Shown piece after piece: positions 27,671-43,946 of a stretch of DNA of 64,000 nucleotides (its first letter is position 1; every line of letters starts with the position of its first letter). The position numbers and the translations under genes were made by a program. The stretch lies in the NCBI RefSeq assembly GCF_009914755.1, contig NC_060937.1, one strand, 5' to 3'. The stretch comes from the human T2T-CHM13v2.0 reference genome, Homo sapiens. The notes beneath the pieces were generated by a model. That model saw only the letters and a program-made list of their open reading frames with translations, ran no database searches and was not told the DNA's origin.

Positions 27671-28034
27671 CTTTCTATTTGTCAACAGATTTTTTAATGA
27701 GTTAATTTTCTTCTGTATTTATTCATGTATATTATGTACATTGTTCTAGAGCAGTGAGTCCAACTGCCCAGTTACTCCCCATAAGAGTAACTCCAATTAG
27801 CCTACATTCTAAATAGCAGAGATTTTAGAGATGGAAATGCATGATGGCTCCTCCCTGCTGGGTTTGCAAAGGTCAGAGCTGAGTTGGGAGCAGACTACAG
27901 ATCCTGATAAGGCCTGCTCTTTCCACTCACGGAGGGGAGGGGTTCAAAGGCAATTCCTCCAGCCTCGCTATTTGTGTCTGGGTAGATTTACCACTCTAAG
28001 GGTTTAAAAGTATAAAGGCCCAGAATCTCAGAGT

Positions 28035-28845
28035 TTTCATTTGTTCATTCCACAGATCTTTACTTAGTGCTTACTATGTGCTAGGCAGGATGCTAGGCAC
28101 TGGGGATTGAATTGGGGGGCAGGGTAGCAGCTCCTGCCCTGACTGAGTTTACATATAACCTGAAAGATATGCGTAAATTCAGAACTTTACAGACGTGTCA
28201 TAAGTGGCTCAGGAGAGAGGCCCACTGCACAGTGGCTGCACATGGAAGGCAGAGCTGACCTTGAAGAGATGAAGGAAACAGTTCTAAAGAAGTGACCATT
28301 GAGCTGAGAGCTGAACAATCCGTTGGGCAGACGCAGAGGTAACATGATGCGGATTGCAAGTGGCGGGAGCTTCAGCACCAAGCCCCGCGGTTGGAGAAGG
28401 CCTCTAAGAGCCTAAGCAGGAAGGATGGAGAAGAGACTATCAGGCTGGACTAGGCAGGGGCATAACAGGTGGGCAGGTGAATGAAGGCTCTTCCCCTAAG
28501 AACAAGAGAAAGCCAGTTAAGCTGTGGGGCAGACATGTGACAATCTAGGTCATGAGCCCATGAAGATCACTCTTGTACAGAACAAACAAAGGAGGGGAGA
28601 GGCTCTGGCCAGAGTGAAGTGAGGGAGACCCGCGAGGGGCTTTTAAAGGAACAAGGCGAGAGATGATGGCGTCCTGGACAAAAGTAAGCAGGAGCGAGGC
28701 GGGTGACGTTAGGAGACACGCGTGTGGGAAAAACCAGTAGGCCTTGGTGAAAGATTAGTTATGGGGGATGTTTGGGGAAGGTGTTTAGGGAGACCTTGGC
28801 TTCAGATTGCTTAATGCTCGCATGGCAAAGCCACTTACTGAGACT
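28035..28845 (-). mobile_element. L2 LINE remnant
   Basis: ttcatttgttcattccacag...tgcttactatgtgctaggcaggatgctaggcactgggga is the antisense of an L2 3' end. Confidence 0.65.
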
Positions 28846-30202
28846 GGCAGCCTCCATTCCACCATCTAGTGATCTGAAGTCCCGTGAAAGGCAGTCAGCA
28901 TGTTACAACCATGTTAGACCTATTTACAGTTACTCAAAGGAAGACTAGACACTCTGTTAGCCTTTCACAACTAGATATCCAGCACATATACACAATTGGG
29001 CCATCGCTTCACTCTGAACATGTGTTTACCAGAGCACAAAACTTTGTGTTGCAATAAGTGCCTGTTTACCGCACACCTATGGCTCTGAGGACCCAGCATG
29101 GCCCCTACCCCCAGAGCCCAAGAAGGACTGTCCCCCAACTCCAGTCTCCATGGAATTAATCCAGGTGTTTGGGCAGATGACCAGGATGGGGAGGTTGTAA
29201 CCATTCCAGGTCTCTTTGACCCAATCCCCATGTATTTACCAGAGTTGATTTTCAGTTTAGCACTGTGACAGGTACCATGAAGTTGCTAATATCACCAGTG
29301 GGAAAATAAAGATGGAGTCGGGGAGGTTGGCTTTGTTGTCTTCGTACTTTTTTGTCGTTTACCTGATTAATTTTGTGGGTAAAATGAGTCAACACTTGAT
29401 CGAATGTAGCACCTTGAGTGTTTTAAACATAGGAATCCAGCAAAGTAGCATCTAGTTGCCCTCATTTGTAATCGACCTAGACAGAATGATTACTGAGGCT
29501 AAACTTCCTTCTCTAGGGGCCCAAGTCTGGCCTCCATCTACATACAAGGAACTTGGATTCATTTATTGTTTTCTTTTGGCTCCCAACCTAACAAACAGCT
29601 GAAAGTTAACATTGTTTATAATTGTCAAAGTCAATTTAGACTTTCCTGCTGGGAATCATTTTATTTTAAAAATAAAAAAATAATTAAGTCACCTTTTAAA
29701 AATAAAATTAAAATTTAAAAAAATTTAAAATAAAAAAAATTAAGCCAACTTACAAAGCAGGCATTGTAAGTTGGGCTAAAAAATTAGAGAAATATCTTAA
29801 GGCTCGTGTTCTGTCAGTGACTTATATTGGATTATCGCCTCTTAGTAGAATTTGAGTTTGGCTCCCTTGGTACATGATTTTTGATGGGCCCATTCTCAAC
29901 TTTTGTGTCCATTTGAACTGAAAAAGGCATATCTATATTTTATGTCTCATTGTACGTATATAGCTTGCCCCAGGCTGTTGTCTTGCCCCCAGCAGTATTT
30001 CCTAATGGAACTGCCATTATATGGGCCCACCCACATCCATCCACCCCCTTCTTTCCTCATAGCAGTGATAATCTGTAAACTCCGCTAATTAACATTTCAT
30101 AAAGAATGTTACATACTTGATGCCTTTATTCTCATTGGAAATGATCTAAGTTGTTTTAATCACAGTTTTCCTGACAGAGAGGAGAAACCAAAGATTGTTT
30201 TG

Positions 30203-31100
30203 ACTATATATATATCTATATATCTATATAGATATATATTTTTTCAAATATATGTATGTATATATGTATGTGTGTATATATATGTATACACATGTGTGTA
30301 TATATGTATATATGTATACACATATGTGTGTATATGTGTATATATGTATACACATATGTGTGTATATGTGTATATATGTATACACATATGTGTGTATATA
30401 TGTATACACGTGTGTATGTATGTATACACGTGTGTGTGTATGTATACACGTGTGTGTGTATGTATACACGTGTGTGTGTGTATATGTATACACGTGTGTG
30501 TATGTGTATATGTATACACCTGTGTGTATGTGTATATATGTATACACGTGTGTGTATGTGTATATATGTATACACATATGTGTGTATGTGTATACACGTG
30601 TGTATATGTGTACATATATGTGTGTATACGTATACATATGTGTGTATACGTATACATATGTGTGTATATATGTATACACACATATGTGTATGTATATACG
30701 TATATATGTATATGTATATATACATATATGTATGTATATATGTGTATATGTGTATATGTATATATACATACGTATGTGTGTATATGTATATACATACATA
30801 TGTGTGTATATATACATACATATGTGTATATATGTATATACATACATATGTGTATATATACATACATATGTGTATATATGTATGTATATGTGTATATATA
30901 TGTATGTATATATGTATGTGTATATATCTGTGTATATACACATACATGTATGTGTATGTATGTGTATATATACACATACATATACACATACGTATATGTA
31001 CACATACACATATATATACACATACACACAAACATATATACTGACTATATATATATACACACACACACTGTGTGTGTGTGTGTGTGTATGAATATATATT
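30203..31100. repeat. ~900-bp complex (TA/TG/CA)n low-complexity VNTR
   Basis: Near-continuous purine/pyrimidine alternation; accounts for six stop-free spurious ORFs. Confidence 0.97.
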
Positions 31101-31279
31101 TTTTCTAATGGAGTGAAAGGACTAGACATAAGTAAGAGTAAAGATTCACAAGGCCCAAATTATTTGTAGGATCAGGAGTGTATAAGAGGGTCAAGGGTGG
31201 CTTATGAGTCAAATCAACTTACATATTGGAAGAAAAGTGGATTTGTAAGATTCATTTCCATTAAGTTTGAAAATAATGT

Positions 31280-31585
31280 GGCCGGTTGCTGTGGCTCACA
31301 CCTGTAATCCCAGCACTTTGGGAGGCCGAGGCAGGTGGATCACTTGAGGTCAGGAGTTCGAGACCAGCCTGGCCAACATGGTAAAACCCTGTCTCTACTG
31401 AAAATACAAAAATTAACAGGCATGGTGGCACGTGCCTATTATCCCAGCTACCCAGGAGGCTGAGGCAGGAGAATCGCTGGAACCCAGGAGGCAGAAGCTG
31501 AGTGAGCCGAGATGGCATCACTGCACTCCAGCCTGGGTGACAGGGCGAGACTCCATCTCAAAAAAAAAAAAAAGAAAGAAAGAAA
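31280..31585 (+). mobile_element. AluSx-like SINE
   Basis: Full dimer with A-rich tail. Confidence 0.92.
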
Positions 31586-31664
31586 ATATGTATTAGGGTC
31601 CCCGTTGGGGTAAAATCGGTGTTGGTTTAGGAACAGAACAACTGCAGATAGTCCCACCAAATGG

Positions 31665-32289
<625 letters not shown>

Positions 32290-32559
32290 TAAAGACTCCG
32301 GTTACAACTGTAGTGGATGTTCACCATGTAAATGGTACCATCTTCCCCAGGGCATTGCAGTGCCTGACGGGAATTCCACTGGAGTAAGGAGCTGCATGTA
32401 ATGCCCAGAAGGAGAAGTCAAATAGGTCTGATTCTTTATTCCACATGGCTTCAGGGGCAATATCTCAGAATGGTGATGCTCTTGAGAGATTTAGGGAATC
32501 TTCCTTTCTCACACTCTTGATCTTTCTTTGGTCTTTGTTTGCTTTTTTAAAATGTTTTT

Positions 32560-33310
<751 letters not shown>

Positions 33311-33584
33311 TTCAGCCTTTGGGATCTGTGCAGAGTGCAGGCAAAACAGAGCTGAACTCCCGACTCACAGGACACACAGCTGAGGAGACATCTCCTCTCA
33401 TGCCCTGTCTGGACGGCTCTTGCCCTGGGGAAATTAAGGAATGAATTTGTTTAAAGTCAGGCATATTGAGGAATTGTTTACCTACAGTAAAATTCACACT
33501 TTCTGGTGTATATTTATATGAGTTTTAAGATAGTGATGTTTTTAAATGCTCCTAGCTCAGCAACTGGTACAACTGATAAGTGGA

Positions 33585-33830
33585 CATAGGGAGGTCCCTA
33601 GAGTAGTCAGATTTATAGAGAGAGAAAGAACAAGGGTGATTACCAGGAGTTTCAAGGAGGGAAAAATGTCCAGTTTCAACCTGGGATAATAAAAAAGTTC
33701 TGGAGATGGATGGTGGTGATATCACACAGCAATGTGGATGTAAAAATGCCACTGAAGTGTACTTAAAAATGGTTACAATGGTAAATTTCATCATATATGT
33801 ATTTTACCACAATAAAAAATTAACTTAAAA
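33585..33830 (+). mobile_element. L1MB-like 3' end
   Basis: aaagttctggagatggatggtggtgat...cacaataaaaaa. Confidence 0.8.
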
Positions 33831-34534
33831 AACCGATAAGTGGCATCTATGCAATGATATCTGAAACTTGGGAATTCAGAATGATTTTAACCAAAAGAAG
33901 AAAAGACATCTATTTAATTTAGTAAACTGAACTAAAGAAATCCATACATGAGACTGTCCCAGCACTCCCCCAAGAAGCAGGAATGAAGGTAGCATCTCTC
34001 AGTACTGCGCCAGGGCCAGCTGTGAGCAAAGCAGTGACAAAGACAGAATAAGTGGCTTGCAGTCCAGCAAAGCCTCCAGAGACCTCTGTTATTATTTTTG
34101 TATGTTGTAGTTTCTACTGATTCTTAGGGTTCGCCAGAACACTGCTGGGCAACCTCTGATCTGAGAAGTAGCACAGTGAGTCCAGACACCACATGCCATT
34201 TGTTTTTCCTTCTCTGACAGTAATTTCTGGAGTGACCTTGAGCACATCTCCTTGTCGCTCCCGCTCCATTTCCCAGCTCCCAAGTGGAACCATTACCTTT
34301 AAAAACTTTTACTTTAGCGTCCTCTCCCAAAATGGACCTGCAGCTACCCCATAACTTTCTGATGAATAACACCTGGCTGGCTGTTCTCTTGTCAGGGAGG
34401 TTCTGTGCTCAGAACCCCAGCAAGATGCTGAGTCCTTCCCTTCCCCTGCAGTCAGGCAGCCACCAATGCAGAAGCCACATGGGGAAAAGATCACAGTTCT
34501 CAGTGACACTGAAGACAAAACTCAGGCTGTGTTC

Positions 34535-34986
34535 TGTGAACCCTGAATATCTGAGACAAGTCTCAGTCAATTTAGGAAGTTTATTTTGCCAAAGTTAAGA
34601 ACGCATGCCCGTGACACAGCCTCAGGAGGTCCTGACGACATGTGCCCAAGATAGTCCAAGAACAGCTTGGTTTTATATATTTTAGGGAGACATGAGCCAT
34701 CAATCAATAAATGTAAGATGAACATTGGTTGGGTCTGGAAAAGGCGGGACAACTCGAAGTCGGGAGGGGGCTTCCAGGTCATAGGTAGATAAAAGACAAA
34801 CGGTTGCATTCTTTTAAGTTTCTGATTAGCTTTTCCAAAGGAGGCAATCAGATATGCATGTATCTCAGTGAGCAGAGGTATGACTTTGGACAGAATGGGA
34901 GGCAGGTTTGCCCTAAACAGTTTTCAGCTTGACTTTTCCCTTTAGCTTAGTGATTTGGGAGCCCCAAGATTTATTTTCCTTTCACA
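34535..34986 (-). mobile_element. MER4A1-like ERV1 solo LTR
   Basis: Reverse complement starts tgtgaaaggaaaataaatcttggggctcccaaatcactaagctaaagggaaaagtcaagctg; TG...CA ends. Confidence 0.88.
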
Positions 34987-35023
34987 GCTCCTATATGATT
35001 TTGTCCACAGGGTTGATACTACA

Positions 35024-36186
35024 GTGTCAAAGAAAAAAGTCAAACTCTATAAAATATTTAAAGAGGTTTATTCTGAGCCAAATATGTGTGACCAGGGCTC
35101 GAGGCACACTCTCAAAATGTCCTGAGAACATGTGCCCAAGGTGATTGGGTTACAACTTGATTTTTATACATTTTAGGGGGACAAAAGTTACAGGCAGACA
35201 TCCATCAATACCTGTAAGGTGTACAGGTAATCATTGGTTTGGTCCAGAAAGGTGGGACAACTAGAAGCAGAGGGGAGGGGAGGCTTCCAGGTCTTAGGTG
35301 GACGATTGGCAATTGGTTGAAAGAGTTTAAGTTATTATCTAAAGATGTGGAATCAATAGAAAGTAATGTCTGGGTTAAGGTAAGGGGTTGTGGCAACTAC
35401 AGTCCTTATTATGCAGGTGAAGCCTCCAGGAAGCAGGCTTCAGAGAGAATACATGGTAAATGTCTCTTATCAGATCAAAAAGGTTCCAGACTCTTAGTTA
35501 ATCTCTCCTGGATCAGGAAAAGACCTGGAAAGGGAAGGGGATTCTCCCCAGCAGGGATCCCCAACCCCCTGGCCACGAACTGGTACCCATCCTGGTTCTG
35601 TGGCCTGTTAGGAACCAGGCTAACAGCGGGAGGTGTGCAGGAGGTGAGCAGTGGGCGAGCGCAAGCTTTACCTCCTGAGCTCTGCCTCCTGTCGGATCAG
35701 CAGCAGCATTCGATTCTCATAGGAACACAAACCCTGTTGTTAACGGTGCATGTGAGGGATCTAGGTTGCGCCCTCCTTTATGGGAATCTAATGCCTGATG
35801 ATCTAAGGTGGAACAGTTTCATCCTGAAACACCCCCCACCCGCCTGTCTGTGGAAAAATTGCCCCTTTCACGAAATCAGTCCCTGGTGCCAACAAGGTTG
35901 GGGGCCACTGCTCTACAGAATATAGGTTGTTCCCACAAGAGACAGCTTTGCAGTGCCATTTCAAAATATGTCAAAGAAATATATTTTGGGATAAAATACT
36001 TTGATTTCTTTCAGGGCCTGCTATCTGTCATGAGATGCTATACTAGAGTCAGGTTGGAATTTGATGTCTTATTGCTACAAAGAGTCTGTTTTTCCAGTCT
36101 TAAGATGTCTATTTTAATGTTAATGCTGGTCAGTTGTGCCTGAGTTCTGAAGGCTTGAGGGTATAATGGGTCATGTCTGACCACCT
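35024..36186 (-). mobile_element. MER4-family (D/E-like) LTR interrupted by MER1B
   Basis: gaggtttattctgagccaaatatg...cctgagaacatgtgcccaaggtg...gccatttcaaaatatgtcaaagaaatatattttggg. Confidence 0.8.
35552..35910 (+). mobile_element. MER1B hAT-Charlie DNA transposon
   Basis: TIRs cagggatccccaacc / ggttgggggccactg; degenerate 8-bp TSD ctccccag / ctctacag. Confidence 0.9.
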
Positions 36187-38357
36187 TGTTCAGTCTGGAG
36201 GCTGTTGGTGTAACCCAGGTGAGAGCCCTGCTGCTTTCGACCAAGGTGTTGGCGAAGGATGTGGTGAAAGATAAAGTTGGGATGTATTTTGAAAATGGAG
36301 CACTCAGTGTTGGTGGATTAGATTGTAGGGAGGCAGTAAAGGGAAAGAGGAATCAGAGACGTCTCCTTGATTGTCAGTCTGCACAGTGAGTGAATTGTGG
36401 TGCTGTTAACTGAGATGAGGAAAAGAAGAGGGAGATGTCAGTTGAGAAGGTAGGGTCTCCTCACTCAAAGGGTACCTGCAAAGTCACAGCCAGGGTTTGC
36501 TGTATTAAGCAAATCTGCTGCACTTATGCATGGCAAGGCCAGGATTATGAATCAGAATGCCTGAAATCCATATTTATAATCAGTCCACTAGGCTTTGCTG
36601 GACTGCAACTTAACAAACCCTTCTGGGGATCTGACTTGTTTTGCTTAAATAGCTGTTATGAGAAGACAAGAACATAACTGTTTTTGTCAGAATTCATCAA
36701 TATATTCATTATGCTAGGGGCACACTGTCCTGTTATGCTTTTAGAATATGATGTCTTTCTAGTCTTTTTACGAAACTGGTACTCTGCAAAATTTATTATC
36801 AGTACACTGAGAAAGGGAAGGAAAAGAATCCTTTTTGCAGTCTCATGCTGTCAGGTTTGAAATGAAATAACACTGAGCAAGTACTCCTCTACAGAAACAA
36901 TTTTGGGCTTCATGAAACAAATCACAGTTGTTTGTGGACCAAAAAACTTGTATTTTTATGTACATGTGCTCAGCTGTGGTTAAGATGTCACTAAGTCACC
37001 GGCATTTGTTGGACACCCACTGGGGGCAGAATTTGGCCAGTTGTGATGAAAAGAAAAAGACTTTTTAAAAAGAATTGTCACGTGGTCTGCATCATCTTTA
37101 TAATCATCTTCTAATCCAAAAAGAAGGAGTGCCACCTCCCAAGACATGCAAACATTCAAAAGCACCAACACACTGAACATATAATTAATATGTAATAACT
37201 CCTTGTATGTATTTTTTCAGTTTTCTGGCATTTAAATATGTAGAGGTAAGTGCTGTGTTGAAAAAAATTCCAGAGTCACTATCAGCTGAGCCTAGACTAG
37301 TGCCTGGCATATAGTGGGCATTCAGTAATATGTGTTGAATAAATTCATGCCTTGAAAAGAATGATTTATAACATACGTCCAAAAATGTAATATTAGAAAT
37401 TAAGATTGTGACTATCACAGTGCTTGGTTAATGAAATTAAATTCATTAGGATTTATTGTGTAGCTACCATTCTGCCTGCGTGGTACATGAGAAGGGAATC
37501 CAAGTCCACTGCATTCTTGTCATATAGTGTGGCTTAGGAGGCTTGTAGCACCTCCTGTCAAAAATATTTACTCCTATTATGTAACTGCATGTCTGCAATT
37601 CCTTACATCAAATACTTCTAGGGTGCTAATAAGCCAGTAACAAGGGAGCAAAACAAGGTTTTCATCCTTGTTCAGCCCACTGTGAGCCAGGATCATGGGG
37701 GCAACCTCACTGTTGCTTTTAAGATCACACAGTCACTGTGTAGGACCCACATCCAGTTAGGATACTTGAGGCCAGTGACATTGAAACATGGTCTTCATCC
37801 CTGCAATCCCTGGCCATCAAATAAAAGACAGTCTTTCTCTTTGCCTGTGGGTACCTCATCCCTCTTATGAACTTCCTTAGAGGCAGAGTCCAAGACAGGG
37901 TTCTTGAAGCACATGAATTATTGGGGAGTTGTGCTCTAGGAAAACCTATAAGGGAGTAAGGGAAGCAGGATAGGGAAATGGCAGGGCTGTTTGGACCATA
38001 TCAAAATGACTGTAGGTTTCACTAGGTTGACAGCCCAACCAACAACTTACAACTGACCCTCCAATCCTTGACCTTCTTAACTCCAGATCCCTTTACAGCT
38101 CCACTTGATCAGCCACTCCCAAAGTTGTGGGCTAGATTCTGTCTTAACCCAGACCTGCCCTACAACAGATCCTCTAAGCTGTCATGCCTCACTCTCTACC
38201 ACTCTTTTTTCTTTGCCCAGCTCTCATCCCTTCCTCCTGCAGTCCCTCTTCAATGCTTCAATGTGTACAGACCTACTTCCAGTTTCTTGGCGCCTCTATT
38301 TTCTTCTACTGTGCCAAGACCCTTCTTATCTCATTCCCCCCATAACCAGTACCACTT

Positions 38358-38520
38358 GGCTACTCCAGGGGGAGTCTCCAGACCAGCAGCATTGGCGATG
38401 TCTGGGAACGTTTTGGAAATGCATGGTCTCAGGCCCCATCCTAGGCCCAGTCAGTCAGAATCTGCATTCTAGCAAGAGCCCCAGGTGATTTGTGTCCACA
38501 CTAAATCTGAGAAGCACTGC
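38358..38520. mobile_element. MER5A-like DNA transposon
   Basis: gaccagcagcattggcgat...gaaatgcatggtctcaggccccatcctag...agaatctgcattctagcaag...tgagaagcactg. Confidence 0.75.
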
Positions 38521-39072
38521 TGTGAATTACTTTACTGGTAGTTTTCCTAATTTTTTGTCCTTCTGCTGGACCCACAAAGCAGACCTCCAGTCATAGGTGG
38601 ACCCTGCAGTGTGGGTACCCACAATTGCCAGCCATTCCCAACCTGTGCCTCCTACTGCAGTTGATCTCTCAGAGCTCTTTATCAACCCTTTTGTCATTTC
38701 CTTCCAGTTTCTCTCCACAAGTATTCCAAATGCTTACCTTTTCCTGTACACCCTGACTCAAACCAGTAATCCTCTTTATAAATTAAACCAGGTTTGTTTA
38801 ATATATATTAGAGTAAAATCATTATATTCTTTCACATTTCAATCTTTGAACATAATTGTTGTATTTTGTTAATGTGAATTGACATGTATGTTTTTCCAAA
38901 AAACAGAGAATCATAAAATAATCAGAAATTAGAAAGAGAATTGTAAACAAATAGAGCAAAAACCATCTGTTTTATGTTGGTATTGTAAATACACATATCT
39001 GTTATATTACTTGCTATACTTCTCTGTGTGTTTGATATGACTTATAATTTCAAAATAAAATTTAAAAGGTCA

Positions 39073-39417
<345 letters not shown>

Positions 39418-39821
39418 GCGAAAAATTAAGAGTTTCCCCTGATAATCTGTGTCCACTGCCCAGCCCAGATGTCTCTCATTCTACTATTTACCTGGTCTGA
39501 AAAACTAAAAGCAAAAAATCTAAATTGGAAATAAACTTGGACCTGAAGTACTGCTGCAGAAGGAATAAAAGGAAAAGCTCCTAGAGGAATGGATTCTCAA
39601 ACCAGACCTCAAAGGTTTCCCACACATAAAGTGCTGAAAAGAGAAGCACACAATTTTTTTAAAAAATCACAAAACACACACACAACCCACACATAAACAG
39701 CCCAACATTAGGGTCAGTAGAGACAACAACAGAACCACATGCAGAAGACTTCTGAAATTAGAATTATCATAAATTGTGCTCAAAATAAGGATCTATAATA
39801 ATGGGTTTTTACAAAGAGAAG

Positions 39822-40377
39822 TATTACAGGAAAGGGGTCTAGATCCCCAAGAACCCAAGAGAGGGTTCTTGGATCTTGCACAAGAAAGAATTCAGGGCGA
39901 GTCCGTACAGTGAAGTGAAAGCAAGTTTATTAATAAAGTAGAGGAATAAAAGAATGGCTGCTCCACAGACAGAGCAGCCCCGAGGGCTGCTGGGTGCCCA
40001 TTTTTATGGTTATTTCTTGATGATATGCTAAACAAGTGGTGGATTATTCATGCTTCCCCTTTATAGATCATATAGAGTAACTTCCTGACGTTGTCACAGC
40101 ATTTGTAAACTGTCATGGCTCTGGTGAGAGTGTAGCAGCAAGGACGACCAAAGGACACTCTCGTCTCTATCTTGGTTTTGGTGGGTCTTGACCAGGTTCT
40201 TTACTGCAACCTGTTTTATCAGCAAGGTCTTTATTACCTGTATCTTGTGCCGACCTCCTGTCTCATCCTGTGACTTAGAATGCCTTAACCATCTGGGAAT
40301 GCAGCCCAGTAGGTCTCAGCCTCATTTTCCCATCTCCTATTCAAGATGCAGTTGCCCTCGTTCAAACAACTCTGACA
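39822..40377 (-). mobile_element. MER41A-like ERV1 solo LTR
   Basis: Reverse complement tgtcagagttgtttgaacgagggcaactgcatcttgaatagg...cccctttcctgtaata; ~555 bp; 4-bp TSD gaag. Confidence 0.9.
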
Positions 40378-40419
40378 GAAGGAATCCAATACACGGTTCA
40401 AAGATTATCAAAAATTATC

Positions 40420-41160
40420 AAAGAATCAGAAATTCAAGAACTTGGAAATAGAACTGAAATCAAAACTTAATGGAGCTCAGTTACAGAATAGATAATTCAT
40501 GAACTGAAAATTTGAAGAAATTACCCAAAGTGTAACCCAGAAAGACCAAGAAAGGAAAAATATCAAAGATGTTAAGAAACTCCAAGGATAGAATGAAGTG
40601 GGCCAACGTATGAAAGTTCCAGAAAAAAAGAACAGAGAGAATTGGAAGAGGCATTATTAAAAACAATAGTGACTAAGAATTTTTCAGAATTAATAAGTAA
40701 AACCCAAAGGAGAACAAATGGCAAGTAAATGAAAATTAAAGCCATAAACAAATCAACAGGAAATTCATAAGTAGCATGAATACTCGGAGTTAAAAAGGAA
40801 TAATGAAGCAAGGTGAATAAAGAGACATTCATACCTAACCACCGTGTGGTGAAATTGCAGAACATGAAAGACAAAAAGAAGGCTTGTATATTAATCATAG
40901 AAAAGGAGTATCTACAAAAGGAGAAGCAGATAGGCTGAGAATGAATGCTGTGAATGAATGCCTTACCAACAACAATGGAAGGGAGAGGATGGTGGGGAAA
41001 AGAATCTGCCAGTCTGTAACAGGACTTTCAGTGAAACCAGCTTTCAAAAATCAAGAGATTTTTTAGACAAAGATTTAAAGATTTACCCACCCACACACTC
41101 TCCTTAAAGGAACTTGAAAATGAGGAAAATAATCTCAGAAAGGTCTGAGATAGAAGGAAT
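40420..41160 (+). mobile_element. Old L1M ORF1 remnant
   Basis: A-rich tract: gaaagttccagaaaaaaagaacagagagaattggaagaggcattatt...gaattttcagaatt. Confidence 0.6.
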
Positions 41161-41717
41161 GTTGCATCTGGAAGTGGATATATATCTCCATGTTTAGTTA
41201 CACATGTATCTATATAAGTGGTCAGCGGTGTACAGCATGCGTGAAGAGCTCCAGTGACATGGTGGGGGGCAACAAAGAAGAAATAAAGATGAGACTTTGC
41301 CCTCGCAGCATTTATGAATCAGTTGAGATCTTAAGAGCATCTCTAAGCAGCACAGAAATTGTGAATTGATAAAGACCTGAAGTTCTGGAAAAGATGAGAT
41401 GGTGTATATGCTTACCATGATATTTGCTCAACAAATTGAAAACACCTAATATCTAATCAAAGAAGAAGACAGTAATCTGTTCTGGAAATCTGTCACATCT
41501 GGCCTTTGTTCCCTTCATGGACTGAATAGAGGGTCATCAGATGGCCCTATGTCAACAATAACCAGGGTTAATAACCAAAGTGTCATTAGCTATTCATTCC
41601 TATACGTTTAGCAAACCCTCTCCCCAGGAAATACGCTTAGGAGTTCAAGGATACACATGGTAATTTGGCAGAGTGTATATAGGTATACATTTTTCCCCTA
41701 ATCATTAGAACCTGTGA

Positions 41718-43020
<1,303 letters not shown>

Positions 43021-43662
43021 ATATGAAGTCTGTGTACAGACTTGTTACTCCATTCAACTCTCTGTCTACAACTATCTATATAGGAGAGTCATCTGTGATC
43101 CTTGAGTGCCCTTTGATGACGTCACTGTGCTTAGTCCCCAGACCCCACCACTCTAGGCTCTACAAATTTGACCAGCAGTTAACACAAGAACTCTACCAAA
43201 TAGCATGCTCTGTCCTGGAGAGTGCCTGCTTGAACCAAGCAGAGCCTCTCTCTTAGGGACTTGGTTTTTCAGATGTAGAGTGTCAGCAGATGGTAGTAGA
43301 GCCAGAAGCTGAGAAAGAGAAAGCAGTAAGCGAAAGCCAAGAGGCAGTAAAATTCATGGTAAGCATAAAACACGAGAGATAAAAGACTACAGAGATAATA
43401 GTGGGCAGCAGCCACAGAAAAACAAACAGAAGATACAGGAAGAAGCTGAATCATGCCGATGGCGGAGTTGCAGGGGTGGGAAGCAAGGAACACCTGTTGC
43501 TGGAGGAGGATGACCTCAGCAGGGCCCCTGCTTGAATCATTCATATTATTAAGTTGCCAGAGCTATTTTGTCTCCTTATAATATTCCAGTTCTCCATGAG
43601 GTTGGTCTGCAGTACTGTTTTTTCACTTCCCTGTATTTCCTTCCAATACATACTTAAGATCT

Positions 43663-43946
43663 TTTTATTTATGTATGTATGTATTTTTTCAGATGGAGTC
43701 TCGCTCTGTCACGATCTCACCTCACTGCAACCTCCGCCTCCCAGGTTCAAGCAATTCTCCTGCTTCAGCCTCCAGAGTAGCTGGGATTACAGGCACATGC
43801 CACCACGCCCAGCTAATTTTTGTATTTTTAGTAGAGATGAGGTTTCACCATGTTGCCCAGGATGGTCTCAATCTCCTGACCTCGTGATCTGCCTGCCTCG
43901 GCCTCCCAAGGTGCTGGGATTACAGGCGTGAGCCACCGCGCCCAGC
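43663..43946 (-). mobile_element. AluSc-like SINE with internal deletion
   Basis: ttgcccaggatggtctcaatctcctgacctcgtgatc; TSD-like tacttaaga on both sides. Confidence 0.88.

Noticed and set aside
30200-31129. Six 260-300 aa ORFs rich in Y/I/C/V/H/T
   Set aside because: RY-alternating repeats cannot contain TAA, TAG or TGA, so all frames are open by construction.
35239-35925. 228-aa ORF
   Set aside because: Spans the MER4 LTR/MER1B junction, starts at TTG and has no domain-like features.
37080-37112. FLAG-like peptide DYKDDADH on the minus strand
   Set aside because: Only a partial match, with no vector or linker context; consistent with chance.
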